Shown here: piece after piece, positions 1-10,771 of the stretch
Position numbering within the stretch: the first letter of the stretch is position 1
How the letters are laid out: each line of letters starts with the position of its first letter
DNA from: Takakia lepidozioides
Taxonomy: Eukaryota; Plantae; Bryophyta
Assembly (NCBI GenBank): GCA_030704615.1
Contig: JAKLZA010000024.1
Span: 1-47,000, forward strand
DNA: 47,000 bases
Reading direction: 5' to 3'
Notes under the pieces: generated by a model
Database searches by the model: none
The model's input: the letters and a program-made list of their open reading frames with translations, nothing else
What the model was told of the DNA's origin: nothing
Program-made: the position numbers and the translations under genes

Positions 1-297
1 GACTCGCAGCCGTGAGGACTTGGCGCATTATCTGTTCGGGGAGTCGGCACCGCGAAATGGTGGACGGACCGCTTCGTGGACGTGGAGGCGTAGAAATTTC
101 CGGTGAAATGGGAGAGGGAGAAGCAATATGTGGAGAGAGCTGAGGCACTTGCAAATGCAGGTAGCGAGCGCTGAATTGCAGCGAGGACTGCAGTCACGGA
201 CAAGTTTTGAGTCGACAGGGAGAAATCCGATTTTTTCTTGAATGATCGCACAGCTTTATGTAGACAAGTGTTGGCCACTTGAAGGGGTCAGCGAACG

Positions 298-3200
298 ATG
301 AGAACAGTAGGGATGGGAGGGCATGCCTTGGTGCCCGCAAGCGGGGCGTGCCTGAAGTTGCTGTTGCCTCGCCTCCATTCCCGCCCCGTGGTGTTGGCCA
401 GATTACGTTGGCAAGGACACACCCGGTTACAAATCATAGAGAATGAATGGCGGCAAAGCAATTTAAAGTGGAATAACAGGTATGGCAACAATGCCTGCGC
501 CGATGAGATTGGTACTTGCATCAAGGAGTAATGTAGGTCTTGTGTATGATAACAAGTCGAGTTGTGAGCAGAGGTCTGCACTCCTGGTGACTGGACTGCT
601 CTAAGGTTGTGGTATTGTAAGTTGCGCCACTTGCTGTTATGAGCTACGAGGTGATCTGCTGGTAGCTGGTTTCCATTTTGACGCTTCAGGAGCTGTCTGG
701 AGAGCTTCTGTATTTTATCAGTCATGCACAAGTTTGTCTTCAGTGCAATGCAAATTTAATGCTGAATACATCAGAGCTAGGGGAATTATGGAAGTACAGG
801 TCTGTAGTCTCAAAGTCTGCCAGAGATTGGATGCAGGTCTTGAGCATGAAAACTAGTGCTGTTTTTTATTCCAGTTTCCATATTTTCTTCACAACGGTTT
901 TCATCCAGAAATTTAGGTTTAGGAGCTGCAAATGGTCAGACATAAGTGTTTCAACCACGTCCAGTTGTTGTTGAGAAGTACACATGCTAGAAGTCACTAC
1001 GGCAGCTTTTGTGCAGTTTCAAGCAGCATGCTGAGGCGAGTCTTTGGGCAAGACTTGGCCAGTTTCAATTTGACAATGTCAATTTCCGTCAGTATCATCC
1101 GTCAACTCACCCATTTTGCATCTGATTGTCTTGATAATTTAATCTTGAAACTTGCTGCCACTGTTCTGCCACTTTTCGGATTGCTTATTTACGAAATTTG
1201 GTGATTGTCACCTCAGAAGGCGAAGGATTGTTTGCAACACAAGCTTTTGGCAAGACCCTGGTGTTGAAGTCATTGAGAGTGCATGAGACTCTCCTCTATC
1301 CAAAAGCCAGCATGTTGTTGGCTCTACCACAGTGTTGACAGCTGATTCTGAGGTGAACAATGGGACTGTAAAACCTGAGGGACAAACGACGACTCAGTTC
1401 GGGAGGCTTTATTGCCTACTCTGCAGGTAGTGTACAACAGCTATTCTGAGTGTGTACAAAGTTTTAAATAAGAGATGCTAACAGTATGGCAGATAATCAG
1501 GGGCAAACTTGTTTTGTTATGATGAACATAAAGGCACAGTGCCTGATTTCATCCAAAGTGCTTTCTTGAGTGACTTGGGCTTGTGTTTTATTTACGTTCT
1601 GATCACTTCACTGCACAAATAAGTAGTGCTCCAGGGCAACAGACCATCACAATTCGACAGTAGAAGGGAAGTACAAATGGTGTCTGATTGCGGTAGTAAT
1701 CACAACTCTTTGAAATACCTGGCTCACTTGGTTTAGTCTCAGTTTTTGTTCACTGGCAGAAAAACATGAGGAAACAGTGCTCCAGTGTCTCAGGCCTGCT
1801 CTGCCATTCAAATTGGGTTCCATATGACACCTCTTGATGCATTTGAACTTGTCCTGATTACTTTCATGTCCTTCGGTGTCCTGCACACTTCCAAATTTAG
1901 TACAACTAGGCCTAAAGACCAACCTTTATTGCCAATATCGACCACAATCTGTGGTTGGTGCAGGTGCAATCATTGCAGGAGCAAGAGAAGCTGGCTGCGA
2001 CCCCTGCTCATCCTGAAGGTCTTTATGGTATGCTTGACTTTAGAACTCATCCTTCACTAACATACTGTTGATGGTAGCATACTAGGGCACTGATGTAGTA
2101 TGCGACTGTGGAGGGATTATGGGGCTTATGGGGGTGTCCGGTTGGAATGCTGCCATACCAGCAATGTATCCCACTTTTGTGGCATCGTGCATCATGGAGC
2201 GGGTGTGGCGCTTTGGTTTGCCACTGGTGCTTGCCCAGCTGCACAATAGTCTACTGCCTGTGGCGGTGACCAGCTTTGTTGCCCAGGTAATTTCCTGTCA
2301 TCCTTGTGTTTCCTCTCATACATGTGGCTCTTGGTGTTTGCTGGTTGTGCTTGCATAGTTCAGCCTTCTATGGGAGCTACTTTGCCTCATGCTTTATGGA
2401 GCACACATGGCGTTTTGTCTGTCCTGCTGTCATTGCCCTTCTCCACTGTAGCCTTCTCCCTGTGGCCGTAGTCTGCTTCGTGAGTCAGGTAGGTTTCCTG
2501 TCACTTAGTGAACATGCATCTGATTGGAATTCTGCTAGTTGTGTGATGATGATTATATAATGCACAGATGTTGTTAAAACATTGGTTAGCTCTCCTATCG
2601 TGTGGTTTGGTGTGGCCTTAATTCAGTCCGGAATTTGTATACAAATTATCTGTTGAATATCATAATGAGGAGCCCAATGCATCTGGCACATGTTGGCAGC
2701 TTGTGATATTTGGGGCCCATGGGTGGGAGCACTGATGGATTCTATGCCTAGAGTTGTAGCCTTCAAGACACTGAGTATCGTGCAGGTTTGAACCTATTCG
2801 CCTGTGTGCTCACTATTGATGAATGGCTGTGTGCCTATTCAAAGTACTGTTGTTTTGGTGCTCATTGAAAGACCTTTACTTTGTTAAAAGTTCCAAGAGT
2901 ACACTTCTGATTTGGTTCTCTGTGCTTCTTGTTTATTTGTGGTCAGATAGTTTGCTGCTAACGTCGGCAGGGTGACGGTACATGCGTTAAGTGGAGCTGT
3001 GTCAACCACCACCACAGCAACAATGCTACTGGTTCAGCCACTGGTTTTGGTCTTAGTTGTTGCAGCAGCAGTGGATCGGCTCGCTGGACTTGCAGCCGGC
3101 GTTGCCTTGAGAGAGACTGGGTCGTTCTGGTGAGCTTCTCAATCCTGTTCACCATTTTATTTGTCTGTGGAAACCCTGGTCACAATTGCTATGTACATTG

Positions 3201-5199
3201 TTTTACTCTGCTCTAACATGAGTGGATTGTGCAACTGCAGCTAGCAGGCCCCAATCGCCCCATTGCCTTGGCAAATGCAAATGCCATTTTACGAAGAGTT
3301 GAACTTGTGTGTGAGTTTATTGTGTTTGTGTTTCTGATATTATGTTCTGTCTTTTTCTACGGTGACATTCTGTTTGTCAGATATTTTGTAGCTTCACTAT
3401 GGCTCCATGTTTGCTGCAAGTGTGTCAAAATTGGGTTGACCCCTTATTTTGGTACTTCCTCTTTGACTCTTAGGATTTACAGCCCTCTAGCTGCAGTTTT
3501 ACCCATTCATTATGCCTATTGTGAAGGCGGGCGTGATATGATTCTTCTGAGCATCATGTTGTGTGTGCAGTTATGTCTGGTTCAGACTACCAACAGTGTC
3601 GAAAGGTGCCCCGACCAAAACATATGAGCACCAGGGATGGCAAGGCCAACCATAGTAGCTATGAGTCACAACCTCAAGATGCGTCAATGGAAGGAGGGTT
3701 GCACACGGTCATACGTGGCTGGAAGCAATATCTGGCGCAGCCTGTATTGCCGGCCAGTTTGGGCATATGTGCTCTTGTACTTCAATGCAGTTTTAGCCCC
3801 CGGGACTGATGAGCTTCACACAACAGGGTATGCTTTTCCCTCCAGATGGTTTGTGTATTGCCAAGTAAGCGCATTTAGTTGATGTCTATTTCCCACCTAA
3901 TTCACTTCTGTCTTGAGCTCTGTTTCTTGTAACTGGAAGTGGGAAAGAGGATGGTGCTCTTTTGAGGCTTCTGTAGTTTGTGTGTCAGCTGGATATTTTG
4001 TGCAGTGCTGTGCAAGTTTACTCACATGGCTCTTACTTTTTGCAGAGATAAATCCTTCATTGATTGGGCTGTTCAGAGGAATGTGTGCCCTTGGGATTCT
4101 CAGCAACTTTTCTGTCAGCGAATCTCATCAGCAAGCTTGGGGTCTTGAAGGTGAATATATGGAGTTCCTTGGAACCCTCTTTCCAGCACGGTGATTTACT
4201 CGTAATTGCCAATAGAGTGATAACTGTGGTTTTGTCACCTGTTCTGCTATTCGTAAAGGATCAGGTTGACTACATTCTGCCAGGGAAAAGCAATTTCAAA
4301 TGTAGAGCAATGATGATGTGGGATATAGAGTGAAAGCAAAGCCATGTCCTGTGGCTTTCACGAGTACTTTTCTGTGGTGTTGTGTGTTTCTGTAGGCTGT
4401 AAGATGCGAAACAGTTCCGTTGCTTTGAACAGTCTTTCAAGTCAGTGGATCTGTTTGGAGGTATATGACTGACCCCTTTCTGCCGACAGGCTGGAGCATA
4501 TGCGCTGATATTCCAAGCATCAGTGCTTGCTATGGCGGTTTGGTTTATTTGAGCAATCCCTTGGGTCAGCATGGGTCACTTGTGGTGTTCCTCTTTTTAA
4601 TCGTGAGTGTTTGAACTTCTGCAATACATGTATTTTCCTGTCCAAGGGTGTCTGAAAGTTCCCTTCATTGTTTGGTGCACATTCAATAATGACAGACCCA
4701 ATACATGCTTATTCATGCACCTATGTAACTTGTTTTATTTTTGTCGCAAGAGAAGAGGTAGTGAGCTACAGACCACAGTTGACTAAGCTGTAACATTGAA
4801 TCCTGCATTTAAACTTCTGGAATGTGGGTGATGGAAATGCAGGTAATGTCAAGGTTAGGCTATTGGGCGTATGATATGGTGGATGCCCAGATATTTCAAA
4901 CTGCAATACCAGCTTCGCAAGCAAATCTTGTTGGAACGACAGAGGTGTCATTGGCTAGCTTAGCAGAATTAATGATGTTGGGGGTGGCCATTGTGGCAAA
5001 TGATGTATCATATTTTGGGGGTCTTGCGGCCTTGTCCATGGCGTCCGTGGTAGGGGCTGCTTGGCTTTATTGCCAATGGTTGGCCAAACCCTGTGCTCAC
5101 CAGCGATGCTTGTTCCCTCATGATCCTCACTTCGATGATTCGGAGACAGCAAGACCGTTGGGTATACATGTGTTAGTTCCTACATTTTTCCCTTTGTAA
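298..5199 (+). CDS. IREG3: Ferroportin/SLC40 family, plastid-type IREG3/FPN3/MAR1-like iron transporter (multi-exon)
   Basis: GT-AG exons give LAATPAHPEGLY (1964-2027), SLLPVAV (2162-2286 or 2364-2488), LMDSMPRV (2700-2785), ERDWVVL (to 3129), LAGPNRPIALANANAILRRVELVCE (3241-3315), [29 protein letters not shown], and VMSRLGYWAYDMVDAQIFQTAIPASQANLVGTTEVSLASLAE (4843-). These match IREG3 motifs as I recall them. The basic first exon (298-479) resembles a transit peptide. Several 1-bp indels are present, and the start and exact stop are approximate. Confidence 0.93.
2162..2286 (+). other. IREG3 alternative exon A (TM1-TM2), 125 nt
   Basis: cag|CAATG...GCCCAG|gtaatt, phase 1 in and phase 0 out. 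Encodes (A)MYPTFVASCIMERVWRFGLPLVLAQLHNSLLPVAVTSFVAQ. Confidence 0.85.
2364..2488 (+). other. IREG3 alternative exon B (TM1-TM2), 125 nt
   Basis: cag|CCTTC...AGTCAG|gtaggt, same phases and length as exon A. Encodes (A)FYGSYFASCFMEHTWRFVCPAVIALLHCSLLPVAVVCFVSQ. Confidence 0.88.
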
Positions 5200-5559
5200 T
5201 ATACTGCAGTTAGTCTTAGCCATTTATCAGTGAGAGAGCCATTGTGTGGTTTAACCACCCATTCTTTACACCAAGGGGATCATTCTTTCTTGGTAGTTAT
5301 ATCTACCAACATACACTTTGTAATAGATTAGTAAGAAAAGGATAGGAAATGTGGAAATCTTTGTTCTGGTGGACAATATGTCAAACTGGTGGTGTACGTG
5401 GTCAACAATTTGGAGGGCTCTTCTACTTGAATTGATCGAATAACTTTCTCAATAGTTAGCTTTGAAGAGATTTCACTGCTAATGTGACACAAAGCTTGTT
5501 AAAGAACTTTGTGAGTTGACAAGAGTGGTCTCGAGCGTTGCTGGTGAAGATGGTGGGCA

Positions 5560-6300
5560 CCGTGAGGACTGCAACAAGTGGATGAAGTAAGCCCTGCTGC
5601 AATTTCATATGCTTTCATGAAGACCAGTTCGAAGGTGCAGGGTTCCTTTATACATGTCTAGAAAGTTTTGAAACCAATCTAATGAAGCAGGCAAGGACGC
5701 TAACTTTGAATTACCAGAGGAGCCTCGTGATGTTCATTATTTCTGACACTATTCTGGAAGATCTTGAAGGGAATGTCCAGAAGAACCAGTTCTGTGGACA
5801 TAGAATGAAATAGAGGGTACTTGCTCGCCTGTTGTATGTGTCTATGGACTGATCTCCAAGGACTGTCAATCCTGACCACTGCTCGTACATGCATTATCAT
5901 TGCGGGTACAATTACTGCTCTCCCACTGCTGACATGCTGTCAAAGATGTTAGTCAATTTCTCTAGCTGCGTTTCACTGTATACATTCGCCTCGGCCGTTC
6001 TATAAGATGGACTAGATCAGCTGCTGTATCGAAAGGTATGAGGGTGTCAAGCTGAAGTTTTTCAATTTACGGTCGCTCCATGCTGGTACATAGACTATTG
6101 ACTCTCCAGTGATGTCTGTTTCAAGATTCTTTGTACGATGATTTCTCTCTTGTGCTGTTTGTGGCGGTCCACATGTAAACAATCTACAGCGAAAAACAAT
6201 CTACATCTCCATGGCTAGCCCGAACTGCTGGAAAGGGCATCTGCTGCCTTCTCCAAAATTTGGAACCTGGGGCCTCAGGGAAGGCCTGGCCCTGCATGCC
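5560..6300 (-). mobile_element. Possible degenerate LTR-retrotransposon gag-like remnant
   Basis: Minus-strand fragments such as YEQWSGLTVLGDQSIDTYNRRA and EPCTFELVFMKAYEIA resemble retrotransposon gag segments. The region is interrupted by stops and no LTR pair was found. Confidence 0.3.
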
Positions 6301-6767
6301 TGCCACAGTAATTGGTTGTCCCCAGTTGCACAAGGCCTTTGGAGCTGGGCCTTCCCTCCTTAAAACTCCCAAACACTTGGCATTATCAAGGGAGGTCGCT
6401 CCACTATTAGTAGCGTTGTGAAGGTTCTCTGCAGAGTGTTAGTAAAGGAGATACCTCTGCTTTTGGCATAAGTTGAGGGAGCAAAAGCAGCAACTGCAAC
6501 ATTCAAGATTAGCTGCGCGACTTAATCAGAGAGTTACTCAATTATTGTCACCATAGGTCAACAGCACAGACATGTCCAACACCCCACTCGCTCTGAGGAT
6601 GATTTGTCATAGATTGAGAAGGTACCCTTCCCCTTCCAAAATTTCCTACCTTGGATTACAACCCCCATTATTAAGATCAAAGGCCTTCACAAGGAGTACC
6701 ACACTGAGACCACACTCAGATTAAATGAACAAAGAAGCAGGCTTGAAAACATATCCAGCTCTCGGGT

Positions 6768-7377
6768 TCACCAAAGACGATTCCTATGTACAGCAATGGC
6801 CCACTTCATCAGTGATACACATTTCAAAAGAACAAGAAAGCTTACTTGATGAAGTCAGAAAGTCCAGGTATCAGATCCCCATTCGTATATAGCTCATTTT
6901 CTCGAGTCAATTCAGTGAAGAGCTTCGTTGGGGCAAAGGGCTCTAGCTCAAATGCTACTGTGCACCCCTCAATCTGAAAATTTGTACAAAGATGCTGATA
7001 GACAATCAGATCATGAAATATAGAGCATTCCTCTTGTATCTGAAAACAAATCCAAGGTAGGTGGTTTAGAATACCTCTGTTGGCAGGGCGGCTATCCTTA
7101 TCAAACATCAGGTATCTGCCAAGGCAGCTGTTCATAACACATCCTCAACAACACAACCTCCTAAATACTGCCCAAAGCTTCTTAAATGATCTGGACCACC
7201 CTGTACATTAACAGTGAATCCTGTTGGTTATGCAGGAGCATACCTCAATTTTGCAACGAGTTTCAACCTGGACTGGTGGGTACAACCCACAATCAACTCT
7301 TGGAAAAGTCGATACGCCTCAGAGGAAATGCACTCAACATGGCAAACAGTCTCAGGAATGGTGAATGAACCAAGCAG
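6768..7377 (-). pseudogene. 3' exons of an unidentified spliced gene
   Basis: Canonical AG/GT-bounded segments 7377-7244, 7115-7075, 6973-6846 and 6783-6768. With a 1-bp fix in the 7115-7075 exon they read ...[18 protein letters not shown]|IPDVLIRIAALPTE|IEGCTVAFELEPFAPTKLFTELTRENELYTNGDLIPGLSDFIK|NRLW*. Family not recognised. Confidence 0.45.
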
Positions 7378-7419
7378 CTGCATAGTTTTGAGATATGATG
7401 CAAAGACACTCTCGCTTTC

Positions 7420-7833
7420 ACCACAAGAACAAACCTCATCTTGAAATTGGTGAAAACAGTTTGCATCCCGTACAACGATTGCTCGCCCAACAATCTTTGA
7501 GATGAACTTGGTGGTCATGTGGCAGTCACCACACACACAGGAAGGTTCTGAATAACATGGAGAGGCTTCCCAGGGCCGTGCTGATCAGCCCAAAAGCAAT
7601 GGCCAGCATCTCACTGTGGTGGCAAACTGAAATTCCTCGTCCACATCATGCAATGACAAGCCTGGGTGAGGAACGCACACTGCCTCCTTCATCAACTGAG
7701 ACACTCTTGTCAGATCAGCATGAATTTCCTCAATTTGTGGATGCAATTTGTCATCTACCACGAGGGTGTGCACCCTGTTGCCAACCAGCGACCTGGCTAT
7801 GTTTTTTTTTACTTTTTCCATTGCTCTGTACAT
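7420..7833 (-). pseudogene. Orphan, degenerate DYW deaminase-domain fragment
   Basis: NRVHTLVVDDKLHPQIEEIHADL...[15 protein letters not shown]...[39 protein letters not shown]. The terminal DYW tripeptide is missing, the PG box is eroded, and no PPR repeats are visible upstream. Confidence 0.88.
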
Positions 7834-8463
7834 GTGTTGATTGGGTTAAAGGCCTATGGCCGTGTTTGTGGTCCTTATACCCTTCATCTCATTATATGTT
7901 GTCCTCTCATGTGTAGGCCAAGGTTAGTGGAGTCAGTGGACAAGGTGGGAGGTACTAATCTAATGCAAGACGTATATTCCACACCAGAATCATGGATCCC
8001 TTTTGTGTGCTTGTCGGTGAATTTATAAACTGTTGGTAAGGAATTTGGCGGCTTTCTATCTCCTTAGCTTGAGTTGGAGATGTCTTCCCTTGACTCTTGA
8101 TCTTGATAGCTGCTCCTTTGATAGTTTTAAGGAGTATCTTTGTCTAGAAGACTTCCCCATGCAATAGTCCAACCTACCATGCCAAATGACTCTCTGGCAG
8201 CCTGGCCAGGGAAGGGCTGGCTCCGTGGCCACTTGTCATCCTTGACAAACATATCCTCATTTGGTTTCTTGCTCCTCAGGAAAACGGAGATCAAAGACAG
8301 TGAGGTTCCGTGGACATCACTACTCTCCCTATGTCCATGTCTACATAATTCTCACAATTGCATGTTTTTGATGCAGACCTGCAGGGAGTGAAAGAGGTCG
8401 AAGAGCTTAGTGTAGGGTGGGCCCCCTACTTTTACAGACAAACTGACTAGAGGGCCTGTGCAG

Positions 8464-8779
8464 GTGATTTGAGGAGATCAAGGAAGCTGCAAGCAGAGTG
8501 CATAATGATGTCCCGGACTTCGAGGAGCTTCCCAGATTTGTGCTGGTTGCTGCTGCTGTTGATGCGGGGAGCCCACGTGTGTGCAAACACCTGCAACTCA
8601 TCTTCCATTTTTGTGAGGACCACGCATTGGGAAGGGCAGCGGATGAAGATGCATTTTACGTTAAAGAATGCGTGAACGAGGGCGGCAGCCTCAATTTACT
8701 ACTTCGGAAACGACTAAATGCCCTTCATCAGCTGCCCTTCACCGGCGCAAAACACCAACCTGCTCCTCCATCAATCTAG
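8464..8779 (+). pseudogene. Coding-like fragment, weakly resembling the C-terminal region of TORNADO1/Roco-type proteins
   Basis: Open frame FEEIKEAASRVHNDVPDFEELPRFVLV...KHLQLIFHFCEDH loosely follows the xPR..F...LxxHxxCE pattern. This is pattern recall only. Confidence 0.25.
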
Positions 8780-10771
8780 TGTCTACCTTCGTCCACGAGG
8801 CCCCCATGGCTACATGCAGATAGACCGCATACAAAGGTGATACTAACGTAAGGTCTTGAAAGCCTCCCTGCCACACCCAAGCTTTGCAGATCCTGCTGTC
8901 ATTCTATTCCAGGTAATCATACTAGAAAGGGTCACTGTTAAAAATAGCTATGCAGGCAAGGGACCGGAATGCGCTAGCAATGTCGTCCAATCAAGTGTAT
9001 CAATCGCATCCGGATCGATCATCACTGGGCAGCTGTAAGATCAAAAAGGATACCGCGTTGTCGGAAACTTGTATTACAAGGTACCCGCGAGTACTCAGAT
9101 CCTATGTATAGGGTACGGGGGCCTTCCTGAAATAAAGGGCTACCGCCTCGTGGCGGGCCCCGAGTTCCCTCGGCATAAAGAAACAGCCAAGGATTTCCTT
9201 ACCATCGACGGCTGGGATCAACTAAATCGGACGGTTCACAAAACAGGAACCTTACGCGACTTAAGTGCCTTCCTCTGGAGGAGAGGAGGAACCTTACGCG
9301 GCGTAAGGTTCCATGCTCACCTGGCGTGAAAATCTCTCCATGTAAGGCGCCATCCTCTCTAACTGAAAAATCTTGGCCTGGTCTTTACGAACGCCCAAGT
9401 GCCCATTATTGCCTCCCGCACTCAGTCCAGTCGTCTTGCTGCACCTGTGAGTGATTTCCTTGTTGCGCACTTGTAGACGTTGGCTGTGTAAAGAGACTGG
9501 CAGACAGGACGGCCATCGAGAAAGTATCTACGAGCAGGGAAGAGTAATGACACAGAAACAGATGCATGGTGTGGCGGTTGGGAGGACTGGATGTACTCCA
9601 GTACCATGTGCAACTTCTAGGATTGTGTGATAGTTCTAGTTGAGTCTGTGAGCGCTGGAACTTGAAGGATTTGTACATAAAGTACTCGTTGGTCCTTCGT
9701 TATGTCACCTTCGTTGTTCGTAGATCACTTGTAAGCAACGAACATATCGTTGCAAGTGGATCTCTCGCCAAGGCCTCACCATCAATCTTCCCTCAACGGA
9801 AACAACACAAAAGTCACGTCCAGAGTAACGGTGACGATGAGCACGCTACAACCAGCAAAGAGAAAACACTACGGAATACCAACAGAACTATACTCAAACA
9901 GATTCCCACCCTTGGCCAAGATTCCAAAAACAACGTGCCAATTCCGAAACGACAGAATGTGCTCACCGACAGTGGAAAGATATTCTCTTTACCCCAAGGT
10001 TTAGCCCCAGATACAGTAAAAATAAGGGGACTCTCCCTCCAAAGTAGATGTATTTTTGCAGAAACCAAAGAGCAATGTCTACCAACACTCCAGCAGGTCC
10101 CCTAGCAAGGAGGAGAATCTATATCAACAGGTTGCGGGTGGCCGCACCCATGGAGGATTGTAAGAATCCGAGTGACAAAGTGAATTAGGAGGGGCTGAAT
10201 GTATATCTATGCCAACCTCTTTGCTGAATGAGTCAGGAATCTGTCAATCACACCATTCAAATTGATACATCTGTTAACATAAGAGGAACGGTAGTCACTC
10301 AAATTGTCCAGGGTTTTAGGATGAAGAGCACTCCATGTGCTCCTCCCATTTAGCTGCCATATGATCAAATTTGACAAATTTGCCTCTGCATGAAACCAAT
10401 TAGGCCCCAAGGCATAAATCCTTCAAACAATGCAAATGGCAGCTAGGGTTGCAAAAGCATATGTTGATGCGCATATACGGATACCTGAAAGAGAGTTTTG
10501 CCATGCAAGGCAATCAATAGTATTCTTTGTCCACAAAGTCACCACAACAATCTTTCATCTTGACACACTCCTTTGGAACCTTGAATCTGAGTAACATTTA
10601 GTAAAATTGTGCTGTGGAATATAGCTATTTGAACCAACGAACTGTCCTGCTTTGTACTGGCTCATCAAGTTTGCAAGAGCTAAAGCCTACTGAACATGTC
10701 AGCTGTCGTGCTTATTGGATTCTGATCTATGGTTAATGAAAGTAGTATACACGCACAACTGGGGGTCACAT

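Noticed and set aside
1-28. Start of a divergent minus-strand gene (MRQVLTAAS)
   Set aside because: Only nine codons lie inside the window, which is not enough to support a call.
2162-2488. Exon pair as an assembly duplication or a constitutive tandem TM duplication
   Set aside because: The copies are only ~60% identical in protein with many silent differences, so they are not an assembly echo. Joint inclusion frameshifts, so they cannot both be constitutive.
6284-6301. miR160-like site (GGCATGCAGGGCCAGGC on the minus strand, resembling ARF AGMQGARH)
   Set aside because: Two bases are missing relative to the site, there is no ARF context and no precursor hairpin was seen. Likely chance.
8031-10129. 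Solo LTR bounded by TGTTG...CAACA
   Set aside because: The flanks (TAAAC vs GGTTG) are not a target-site duplication and no second LTR is visible.
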